Part shown: positions 1 to 11,400 of the stretch, one piece after another
How positions within the stretch are numbered: position 1 is the first letter of the stretch
Layout of the letters: every line of letters starts with the position of its first letter
Source of the DNA: Bispira polyomma
Taxonomy: Eukaryota
Assembly: GCA_965649765.1 (NCBI GenBank)
Contig: OZ287751.1
Span: 24,056,001-24,120,000 of the forward strand
Reading direction: 5' to 3'
Length of the DNA: 64,000 nucleotides
Notes under the pieces: generated by a model
Seen by the model: only the letters and a program-made list of their open reading frames with translations
What the model was told of the DNA's origin: nothing
Database searches by the model: none
Translations under genes and position numbers: made by a program

Positions 1-209
1 GGTTCTGCTGTATATGTATAAATCTCACATCCCTCGATAAGTTAGGTACAGTTTGAGGGAAGTTAGACCACTTGAACTGTGACCAGGGTTCCCTTCTTAC
101 TCAAGTCAGGACAGCTGTAACTCTGCTATCTTTTAGAAGTAGGCTTATTAACAGTAGACTGCAGAGGACATTATATTATGCTACTAGAGTGATCACCCTA
201 AGTCTAAAA

Positions 210-650
210 CAGTGTCCCATCTCTCATATTTGCTATGACTGGTTGCTACTACACTGGTTGCCTATACAGCAAGGAATTAAGTTTAAAATTTTGTTGCTAA
301 CATTTAAGGCCTTAAATGGACTTGCACCACAATACATCAGGGATATGCTAACCTTATACAGACCATCAAGGGCCTTACAATCAAGTAGCGATTACCTGTT
401 ATTGATATTAAAATCCCTCAACAAAACCATTGGGGAGTAATCGTTTTGATACAGTGCTCCTAAGTTATGGAACAGTTTACCAACTGACACCAGTATGATT
501 AAAAAACTTTGAAGTTTTAAATGTGCTATTAAAACAGTTTTGTTAAATGAAGCTTACAGAGGAATAATCTGATCTATTGTAGTGTCAGTGATTATTTTTA
601 GATAGATATTGGCACATTAAATACGGTTAATATTATTATTATATATTATT
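210..650 (+). mobile_element. 5'-truncated L2-clade LINE, 3' fragment (ORF2 C-terminus, degenerate)
   Basis: LHWLP…KFKILLLTFKALNGLAP.YI…APKLWNSLP motifs with stop codons; (ATT)n-like tail. Confidence 0.85.
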
Positions 651-709
651 ATCATATTGGACGAGTTTGACAATTGTGACAAAATGTGTAAATTTGTATA
701 TGTTCCCAG

Positions 710-1018
710 GTGTGCAATGAGCGGCAGACGTCTTGGTTGAACCAGGAGCCGTCCTCTCTACTCTACAAGCGCAGTCTAGTGGTGGCAGACTCCATCCAGT
801 ACTTCTGTGATGCCAACCCCACTAAAGAAGACCAGATGGAGTGCTTCACAAGAGATGGAAGCAATGTGATGCCCATGGATGAGAGTGTGGTCACAGTGTT
901 AGGGTATTGGCAGGACACCAGTGAACTGTATGCACTGGCTTGGGATCAGAGGTCCATTGTAAGCAGTAGTGACCAAGGGCAGACATGGATGTCTGTGTCA
1001 ACGAGTAGGTATACAGAG
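710..1018 (+). CDS. Asp-box protein gene, antepenultimate coding exon (103 codons)
   Basis: Acceptor ttcccag, donor gag|gtaagt, open frame, higher GC than flanks. Confidence 0.85.
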
Positions 1019-2976
1019 GTAAGTCTATCTAGGTTTCAACAAATATAATATTACCACATAGAGCCACAGGGCCATTTAACTTGAACTTAATTTCTCTGTT
1101 TTGTGGAGAAAAAAAAATTGTGGTCCAACAAATGCCTTCTCTTTTAAAACGTCATTCCATTGAGTCAAAATTCTGGTATTGTATTCATCCTGGCCTTTGG
1201 AAGTTCAACTTAAAAGTACTTCTATGTACCTTATTTAAATTCCTTGTTGAAAAGCTCTGTTAAGAAGGATGGTAATGTATGCCTAAAGGCAACCATTTGA
1301 TGGCTATTTCCAACCAAATAGGGAAATCCAGGTGGTATTTCAGGAGTAAGCTTAAAAATGACTTCAAAACCTTTGATAAATCAGAGCCCTGGAGATATAT
1401 ATAATCTCTGATTTCTGCTACTAACATTGGAGAAACAGTTTTAAAATCTTGCTTGCATAAGGTGAACGGAGCACCGAAAGTTCTATAAAAATTACCAGCA
1501 CAGAATATTCTGTATACAAGGATTACTCTCACATAGGTTTCACTTGAATAAAAGTTAAAGAATAATTTTTTTGGAAGTGGAAGTTATATGTGGAGGTGGA
1601 ATCTGGCTGCATTGATTTTCAAGTATTCACCCTGCACATTTATTTCACTTCAAACTTGGAAATTAGTGGCAGGAGTTGGGGTTTTTGTTGCATAAAACCT
1701 AGACATCTGAAACATTGTCACATTGTAGCATAACAAATAGTAATCCAACAAGTTATTGACAAAAAATGCCGATATCCCCATACTTTGTGAGTTATAAACA
1801 AAAAACTCATTTTAACACTGAAAAGTCCATTTTAAATTTTTGGGGGGGCGTGGAACCCTAAAATGACATTGAAATTATTAAGTGAATATAATGCTATAAA
1901 TGCAAGTCAAGCTTGAATATATATGTCAGTGTTGTAAACTATAGAGGAGACATAGCTGTCACTGTGGGAAATTTCAGGCAAAGGTGTATGATACTGGTCA
2001 AGAGTTATTTGAAAAACAAGGCTTTGGTGCTGTAAATGATTTAGAGATTAAAACTAAAGGTTAAATTTCAATAGCCATGAGCTTCATCCCCCACATATTA
2101 CTAATTTTGAATTAATTTCATCACTTTCATTTATTTAGTTAGAGCGAAATTGTTGTTCCATTGATATGTGGCCATGTTTAGAATTTTTTACTATATTATT
2201 TATTTTAGGCACAAAATTCTGTCACCTGGATTCCCGCAGCTGATGTGCCGTACATCAAAGACATTACAGTCAGTAACTTCAGCCCAGTCGAAGGTATGCT
2301 GCAAGGTTTTTATACATACTCATTAGTACAGTAGACTCTGTATAAGTAGAACCAGTGTAAGTCAAATTAAGGTCCCAACATCAGAAAATGCAGAAAAATG
2401 TAGCTACAAGTGGAAGTCAGGCTGCAATTAAGTTTTTATACACACTAAAACCGCTATTATCCAAACAACTTAGGAAAATGTTTTATTATATAATTCAGAG
2501 ATCATAGTAGTATAAATTAATACGTAAAAATATATTTTTGAAGAATCAAAAATTAATTTTGGGAAAATTAAATATATATTGGAATACTATAAATTCAGTT
2601 GCCAGAGGTTCCAATCTATAATGAAACCAAATGCAAAGGTGCCCTGAAAAGCATTAGTAACAATTAACACACTCTCGAGCTTACTACTAGTTCAAATAAG
2701 AAGTCAGTCATATGTATATGTACTAATGATATTAACAAGGCTGATAAATAGTGACAATAAAGCATCCATATTTATATTATCATTATGTTGTTACGGACAG
2801 ATGACCTTTGAGATATATGTTGAGTACAATATTCAAATACCCTGACAAACTTGTTGTACTAATTTATATCTTCATTGGTAACCAACACTATAATATTGTC
2901 ATTTTTTTTTCCAGCTAAATATGATGGCATTTATGAAAGCAATGCACGTGTTACTAGCTGGGACACATGCTGCTGA
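710..2976 (+). CDS. 3' part (last 3 coding exons: 710-1018, 2209-2293, 2915-2976) of a gene encoding an Asp-box/BNR-motif protein ending in WDTCC; 5' part lies outside the window
   Basis: GT-AG sites with matching phases (cccag|710..1018|gtaagt, phase 0; tttag|2209..2293|gtatgc, phase 1; ttccag|2915..TGA 2976). Joined frame: VCNERQTSWL...SSSDQGQTWMSVSTSRYTE-AQNSVTWIPAADVPYIKDITVSNFSPVE-AKYDGIYESNARVTSWDTCC*. SxDxGxTW Asp-box at 965-988. Confidence 0.8.
2209..2293 (+). CDS. Asp-box protein gene, penultimate coding exon
   Basis: Acceptor tattttag, donor aag|gtatg, phase 0 to 1. Confidence 0.8.
2915..2976 (+). CDS. Asp-box protein gene, last coding exon (AKYDGIYESNARVTSWDTCC*)
   Basis: Acceptor t9ccag, phase 1 continuation, TGA 2974-2976. 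Confidence 0.8.
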
Positions 2977-3019
2977 AACAGAGGAGCAACCAGTATGTAA
3001 CGGAGGCACAAGTTACTCC

Positions 3020-3200
3020 AATAAATTCTTTTGATCACAAACTGCAGACTGTTATCAATAAATATTCTGTACCTTTCTAAAGGACTCTTTAGTGTGATCA
3101 TTGTGGGTGAACTTGTTCACAGACATTTTTGTTCTGCTGAAATAAAGAGACACTATTCTCAGTTGTTTTTATGGTATTAAAGAGTCCACTATAAATAAAA
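3020..3200 (+). terminator. Cluster of AATAAA polyadenylation signals of the plus-strand gene
   Basis: AATAAA near 3020, 3057, 3141 and 3194, followed by GT-rich sequence. Confidence 0.5.
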
Positions 3201-4883
3201 ACGTGTGATATATACTGTGTGTGATATTCCTTAAATGCTATTTAGACAAAAATACTGTTGTTCTGACAAACATATATATATTTATTAGTGTAGCTATGTA
3301 CATCTCAAAGTAGAACCTCTCATGCATATATATTTAGTTTTAAATATGTGCATCACTAAATATATAGCTTATCTATATGATTTATTAACAGTTTGAGATA
3401 TCAGACCATTAAAGGTATGATGTATCCGCATGCAATAGATATGTGTATTAAATATATATAAACATTTGTATAGAATGTGTATGTAGATATTAGGACTTAT
3501 AAAAAAGTGGGGACTCTTGCTGGTCAGAATGCAATAGTTTAGCTATGTCCATCTTCCATTTTGGTTGAGAAACTCAAATTTTGACATAAAGTTTCCATTT
3601 ACAGGATCGAAAAACATTTTGTTTGTAACTATGTAAAATGATTTGGTGTTATAGCCTAAAAGTTAAAATACAGGCCTAAATTATGTTAGAATCAAAAGCC
3701 TATTGTTCACACGATTTAAAATTTTAAGATTTCCCTGGATCTCGGAACAATCTGAAATAAACTATGTTCTAAAGTATGACCTATTAGTAACTGGATTTAT
3801 GTCTCAGGATGTACGTTTGTATATCTGAGGACCTCGGTTCAATCTCCAAGAGCCTAAGACTCCCAGATAGACAGATACAAGGTGACTTGGATGACCACTT
3901 AAAAGGCGGTCCTCTGTCATTGGTCCAATCTCCAGTGGAAGACTAACAGAACCTTAGGACCATTGATAAATGCTCATCCTCCAGCCTAGGACTTCAGAAG
4001 TCACAGTGTCTGTTCGTAGGTGCAAAATAATATATAAAACTTATCAAATGTAAATTAATGTTGTATTACTTGGTTGAAATATTACATGTTATTGTTAGCA
4101 AACTTTAAAATATATCACAGTTTAATCAAGATATTATTGTGTGGCATGTTTTGAAATGCACAATTTGCATTGGTTTCCCAGATATTTTACATCAATTAAT
4201 GATAATAAATGGCAAGCTTATTATAGCCAAAGATATATTTTTTTTTTGGTACAAGCTATAGGCAATCTGCTACGATAATTGAAATTTATCGTGGCAGTTT
4301 AAGGTTTTTAAAACTGTGGCAGATTTACCTGTAAATGTTAATATTGCTTTTTTAGGTAACTTCTATACATTTCTGTTCTAGTAAAAATGGAAAAGATATT
4401 GAATTACATTTACAAAAATTGTTATACACCTTCAGCTGCTTTGATTCAAATAAATTTGACTCAATATGTTCTCTGCGATCAGTTTTCTTATTGTTATTAT
4501 ATTGCCAACCTACCTTTGAGTAGATCTGGTGATTGGAAGGGCCATGGTTTGAATATTGCTAAATGCAACAAGGTTCATTGGGGTATAGCATCTTTAGGCA
4601 AGATGTGGAAACACTATTCCAAAAATGTTGTCGGACTAGACTTTTTCATTTTCTGTTATAATCATCCAATTTTAAAGCAGTTCACTTAGTTCAGCCTGTT
4701 AAAATTTCTTTACTCTGTTTCTGCACACTAATTAAATTATGTTTTTTTAAACTTACTAAAATGTTTTGTTTTTATTTGAAAGTATAATGCAACTTGTATC
4801 ATCTTACAAAAGTTGTAAATGACCTAGAACTGATGATCTTTGCATGAAGTGAAAAAACTGAAGATCTGTTCGGAGAGCAAGCA

Positions 4884-5206
4884 TAGGCTTCCTTTCAGCA
4901 TATTTTTATTGGCCGACGTCGGCGGATTTTATCAGTCACTATTTGATATTAGGAACTGCTTCCTTTCAACATATTTCCCTCAGATCAGATGTCGGCAGAC
5001 ATCTGTTCTGCCATCAGATGTTATCGTTCAGGGAACCAAAAAATTGGGAGGTTGGTCTGTTTCTTGAACAAAAATTTAGAAAAAAAATTCTCAAACCATT
5101 TTACACAGTTTATATTGGATGAAAGGAAGAGCTACATCGGCTGATGTCGGATTGGCTTGGATGTTAAAAAATCGGCCGACGTCTGGATCAGCTGAAAGGA
5201 AGCCTA
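4884..5206. mobile_element. MITE with perfect 16-bp terminal inverted repeat
   Basis: TAGGCTTCCTTTCAGC … GCTGAAAGGAAGCCTA; subterminal GGCCGACGTC; partial relative at about 11270-11365. Confidence 0.8.
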
Positions 5207-5388
5207 GGGTAACACTGAGAAAAACAACACTTTGTATTCATAAAGTTTATATTTTACTGCTATAAAAGCTTTAAATACAAATATATGCATATAAAAAGAT
5301 ACAAATATCATAATATAGTTCCCTGTAATTGTAAGTCACTTTTGATTCTACACTGCTGACTACACATAAATTGGTAAAATTCTCTGTT

Positions 5389-5431
5389 TTATCTCTTGCT
5401 ATCACATAAGTCTGCCAATGCATCCATCCAC
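5389..5431 (-). CDS. FGD: FGD exon 17, terminal coding exon (WMDALADLCDSKR*)
   Basis: Acceptor ttttacag, phase 2, PH terminal W..AL helix, TAA stop. Confidence 0.88.
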
Positions 5432-8400
5432 CTGTAAAATACAGACAACCATACAATTAGGGCGGTAATGGTCGGGTAAAGATTCATATTCTTGTCCAGT
5501 GTCATAAACTTGTCCACTTTTTTGAGCCTTTCCAAAAATTTTTTATTGTAATATTCAGAAAGGTAATATCCTGAAAACACAGATTCGTTTCAATTGAAAT
5601 TATATGTACTTAATTTATCGAGGATTTTTTCATACATTTTTTTTGCTGACATTTAAGAAGCTCGAAAAAAGTGGTCTAGTTTAGGACATCGGACAAGTTC
5701 ATGCCGATGGGTGTACTCGCAGGGTTTAGTATCTACCACTGGCAAGTGTGTGGTAAACATAATGGGAGATTCCAAAAATGGAACTTTTTGACAGAAAATG
5801 TGCCGATTACATTATATAAGATATGGTGTACTACATAATAAAATGTTGATTATTACATGAAAAATTAAACACAGATTGATATCATTCAGGGTTGCAATGT
5901 GTACATAGAATGCATCCTGAGGATATACAACCTTTTCCAGGTTGCTAAGATAGTATTTTTGAGGAATCAAGCTGGATATCATGCATGCGAGTCCTTACAA
6001 ACATAGATTCGTTCAGCCAACGTCAAATGTTCATTCAGAGCCCTTTAAAATTGCGAACCAACTAAGAAAACACCACATGATAAGAACCCTGGGGCTGTAT
6101 TCACATAAGGTATTAGTCTTAATCTGAAATTCTTTTGTTACTGTCACTGAGACTAAGACCAAAATCTTAACGTTTTCGGCCAAAATGTCAGGCTTAAGAC
6201 GAAGACCCTTTGTTAATACGGCCCCGCAACTTATGCTTAGGAAATTACTATTTGTTACAGGATACTACAATCGGAGAAAATTGAAATTCTAAAAAAACTG
6301 TGGCAACTAGAATGAGGCCAAAAGTGGTTCATGATTTCCAATTAAAACAAGCAATTCCTGTGTCATTGAATTCAACATTTTGGTCAATCAGTAGTAGTAT
6401 TTTGAGTCTTTATTATTAATACAAAATGCATGGGTTTCAGTTTTACTTGCAACACCTTTCTCTTTATTACTTGGAAGAATTCACTCATGGAGTCTATTTT
6501 AGTAACCAAACATCCTTTCTGTCCAGGACCAAACACAATATATATAACAGGCATTTACACCTCTGTCAGGAAAAAAATGCTGCTGAAACCTATGTACTCG
6601 TATTCGTAATGATATTTATACTAAGCAGAGTATATCTCCCTGCCGTGTTAGTATTCAAAGCACTAATTGACCTTTTCTTGACTAACAGAAGTACAGCCAT
6701 CCAGCACCAGTAACTATTGTTGTCCTGACTCAAGACCGAGGCTTCAGGAAGACCATTTATCAATATCCACAAGGTTCTTGGACTCTTCCAATGACAGAGG
6801 ACCACCATTTTAAGTGGTTATCAGAACCAGACTAGGATCGAACCCAGGTCCTTCTGTGTTTACTTCTGTGTGAGTGTGTTACCGACCACTAGGCTAAGCA
6901 AGTGTGATAATTACTAGACTACAGTGCTAGGGACTGTATTCACAAAAGGTCTCAGTCTTACCATTTATGTCTCAAATATCTGATACTGCCTACTGCTAGT
7001 GTTGGTGTTTAGTGCAAAGTTAACACAAAGCAAAGATGTTTTTGTACTGTCACTGGGACTAATGCCAAAATCTTCACCTTTTCAGGCCAAAATCAAAGAT
7101 CGAAATCTTAAGACTTAGATCTTGTGAATATGGTCCAGGGGCCGTATTCACAAAGGGACTTAGCCAAGTCTTAGGCTTAAATCAGTACACTTTTGTGCTA
7201 GATTTAAGCCTAAGACCTGTCTAAGATCTTTCGTGAATACGAGCCCAGATCAACTATTTAAGGCCTATAAAGTTGACAACTTGGGTACATACTTGCACAC
7301 AGCATCTGCATTGTCGGCTTGAAAGAAGTAGGTGCGGCGGGCATTGTAGACTTTGAAGGTTGTGGGTTTGTGGATATCGTCTCCTTTGGTTGTCTGACAG
7401 AATGAGAATCTCTTTAGTGTCAGAGATCCCACAACTTGGTGGTCCTGGAGATTAATATCAATACATAGTATGTCAGGGCCCGTATTCACGAAAGGACTTA
7501 GCCAGGTCTTAGACTTAAATCAGTATAATTTTGTGCTAGATTTAAGCCTAAGACTTGGCTAAGTTCTTTCGTGAATACGGCCCCTGGGACCTATATAGCA
7601 TATAGTACTTAATATATACAGTACATAACAGAATAAGAATCTCTTTAGTGTCAGAGATCCCACAACTTGGTGGTCCTGGAAATTAATATCAATACAGTAG
7701 GCTCTGTTTAAGTAGAACAAGTGTAAGTTTAATTTAGGTACAACTGGAATCAGTTTTTGAGGTCCCAACGTCAGAAAATGCTGCAATTTTGTTGGTATAA
7801 GTGGAAGTTAGCCATAACTAGAACTAAATCCTGTGGATATTGGAGGTTCTAGTTATACAGAGTCTACTGTACATAGTATGTCAGGGACTTATACATCATA
7901 TAGTACTTAACATCTACAGTACATAACAGAATAAGATCCTCCCCTGAGAATTCCCCCAAAGAAAGAAAAAAATATCTCCCATACAACAACATGGCATATA
8001 GGTAATATGTGCTACATATCAACATTCACACAGAGGGCCTTTCTACATTACATTAACAGCACAGATTTGTGTGGGCTATGAGGGAAAAATCTCCACCATT
8101 TACGTGGACCTATGTTTTGTCAATTTTCTTTGTAGTGGACTGAGTTTATTTTGATTTTAACATTGTTTTCAACAATTATGTGTTATAGTTTATTGTACAG
8201 GCAGTATTACTGGTGGAGGAAACCAATACAATGTAGTTGGGCAAGGTCGTTTTCGTCACTGCAACCTACCGACTTTCAGCAAGTCTACTGCTAACATTCC
8301 TTTATAAATGTGGCTGAAATTCAAAGCCTGATTGCAAAGGTGAAAGGTTGGAGGCGAAAGTATTACCTCTGCACCACAGTGATCCATTTATTTAGAGGTG

Positions 8401-11400
8401 TAGTAATTGATATTTCCATTTAAATTCTACACTATACTGTCTATTAAGTGGAAATCTGGACTGTATTTTAACAGTTGAACCCCTTTAGGCTAAACATCAA
8501 AGGGAACCAATATAAATACCTCTAGTTATGCCAAACTCTTTTAGTATAACTCTTTTTAATTTGATTTGTATGAGGAGAAACTTATCTGTAGTTCCACAAA
8601 GGCCTTTTTCTTTCAAAAGCTACTGTGGAAAATGGAAACCCACTCAATTGACAACTATGTAAGTCAAATAGAAAATTGATATACACACTGTATAATAGCA
8701 TGCTTAAGACTCATTGTCATATAGCAATACCAGCATGTATTTGTAGTACATCCAGGGTGCCACTTCCTACCTTGAAGTTTTTAAAGGAGTAGAGCACACC
8801 GTGACTGTGTAGTGTAATCCACCGTTTGTGCCAGCAGTGGCCTTTATTGAAGCTCAACTGGAGGTAGCCAGCTATGTTACAGGGGTCACTGGGTCCAACC
8901 TGGGCACACAATATATATATGTACAGAAAATAGAATGTGCGCATTGACTCTATATTAAAACCAGTAAGATTTTTTTTGTCTCTGAGACAGACTGGAAATA
9001 AGGAACACCAAATTTGATGTAAATCAGTTTGGTGGTTTTATATGTAATCCGGTAACAAACAAACCAACCAATGAACACAAGGAAATACACAACTTCTTTC
9101 GTGGAATCAATTAGGTCAGATAAAACATGTGGTGCACTTCCTGCTATTGCAGATTTAATTACAAATTAAAACATTGTAGAATATTTGCTCAAAATGGTTG
9201 ACAGTGGATTTTAACTAGAGAAGAATACAGGTGTTTCAAGGGTTTATATTTATCACCAGTACCTACATTAGGGATATCACAGGTAACTATATACTATGAC
9301 TAATTCCCATATTAGCAATTTTACACGCATAATTTGACCTGTATACCTGGATTAGGGATATCCCATGGAACTGTATACTATATTATTATGTATTTACGCA
9401 CATACCATCAGCAATACCTACATTACGATATCCTATGTAACTGTATACTATACCACTTACACCCTTTCTATTTACACACAGTATACCAAACACCAATATA
9501 CTTACAACAGGGACATCCCAGGTGGCTGTAGACTGTAACAAGTCCCTATTACTGACCAATATACTTACAACAGGAACCTCCCAGGTGGCTGTAGACTGTA
9601 ACAAGTCTATAAATGACCAATATAGTTACAACAGGAACATCCCAAGTGGCTGTACACTCTAACAAGTCCCTATAACTGACCAATATAGTTACAACAGGAA
9701 CATCCCAAGTGGCTGTAGACTGTATCAAGTCCCTACCACTGACCAATATACTTACAATAGGGACATCCTAAGTAGCTGTAGACTGTAACAAGTCCCTATT
9801 ACTGACCAATATACTTACAACAGGAACCTCCCAGGTGGCTGTAGACTGTAACAAGTCTATAAATGACCAATATAGTTACAACAGGAACATCCCAAGTGGC
9901 TGTAGACTGTATCAAGTCCCTACCACTGACCAATATACTTACAATAGGGACATCCTAAGTAGCTGTAGACTGTAACAAGTCCCTATTACTGACCAATATA
10001 CTTACAACAGGAACCTCCCAGGTGGCTGTAGACTGTAACAAGTCTATAAATGACCAATATAGTTACAACAGGAACATCCCAAGTGGCTGTACACTCTAAC
10101 AAGTCCCTATAACTGACCAATATACTTACAACAGAAACATTCCAAGTGGCTGTAGACTGTAACAAGTCTCTATTACTGACAGATATACTTACAACAGGAA
10201 CATCCCAAGTGGCTGTACACTGTAACAAGTCCCTATAACTGACCAATATACTTACAACAGGGACATCCCAAGTGGCTGTAGACTGTAACAAATCCCTATT
10301 ACTGATTAACACAAAACACTCATCACACACACGTGTCAGCTTCATCTCTTCATAATCTAACTTGATCTTATGACTGCCACACTTCTGACAAACAAGCTGG
10401 AAGTAGATACACTGGACATAAGTATATCAAAAATGGCAAATACATTTAAATGATTCAGTTAAATCCAATATAACAGTTATGAAAAGTATAAATATTCACA
10501 TGAATTCAGGTTTAAAATGGCAATAGTTTCTATCTACATTTCACTCGACATATGAAAAAACATTTATTAGAGCATATTTACAAAATAGCAAACGAGATTC
10601 TAAAACCATACAGCCACAGGTGGAAAAGCCTTACAATTTATAAGTGAAGCAGACAAATTCTAATTCTATTGAATATCTGTACCCAACATACTAAACATAA
10701 AGTTCAGATAAAGATCATTAATCAAAAGTCAAAATAAGATCAGACATCTACACGCCCTGATAAGTATTTCTGCCAGTGATGAACTTCCTGTGACAAGTTG
10801 TTATTGAGATATAGTCTAACTCCCAAGTTCGAGGGTTAAAGTGAGGTCAGACCATAAGTTACCATATTAAGTTGCTATGGCCTATATTTTTTTATGTCTA
10901 ATCTTGAAAAGGAAACACTCCCCAGTCCAACAACCAAAAACGGGACGTGACAATTTACCAAAAGCCATTATTTTTGACTGTGAGACAACAACAAGCAGAA
11001 ACATATTTTTTTTTCTAAATTTGGCAATTGTAATAACTGGCATGTTCCTTCCATAATAGATACATGTTCTGAGGCTTTTGTTCCGCCTATCTCTACTATA
11101 GAAATAACCCACGGCAAACCATGGTATACACAGAATTTTAGCAGAACTGAAAGCGCCATAACATATCCTAGTTAGAATAGGAATAACCTGCTCCAATACA
11201 CAGAATTTTACCATGATTCCAGGTTTAGGACCACTGAGGTTACTATAGCTCCGACTTTGTGGTCCTAAACATATCGGATGAAAAGAAGCGCTACTTTGGC
11301 TAAAGTCGGATGGGCTCGGATATTAATAAATCGGCCGACGTCGGAATCTGCTAAAAAGAAGTCCAGGAATATAGGAAAGATTTAGTGCATAAAAAGTACA

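Larger units (their letters stand above)
7397..7936. repeat. 121-bp tandem duplication of the exon 16 acceptor region, each copy carrying a different MITE
   Basis: Junction microhomology ACAGAATRAGA at 7397, 7628 and 7926; both units measure 121 bp after removing MITE and TSD. Confidence 0.9.

Noticed and set aside
2974-3000. TGA after Cys-Cys as selenocysteine or readthrough (would add NRGATSM)
   Set aside because: The only GTGA…AA…TGA candidate in the 3' UTR (about 3094-3140) does not form a SECIS helix, and the stop context is not a readthrough motif.
9492-10305. CRISPR-like array
   Set aside because: Units are contiguous with no unique spacers, no cas genes are present, and the context is a eukaryotic exon-intron junction.
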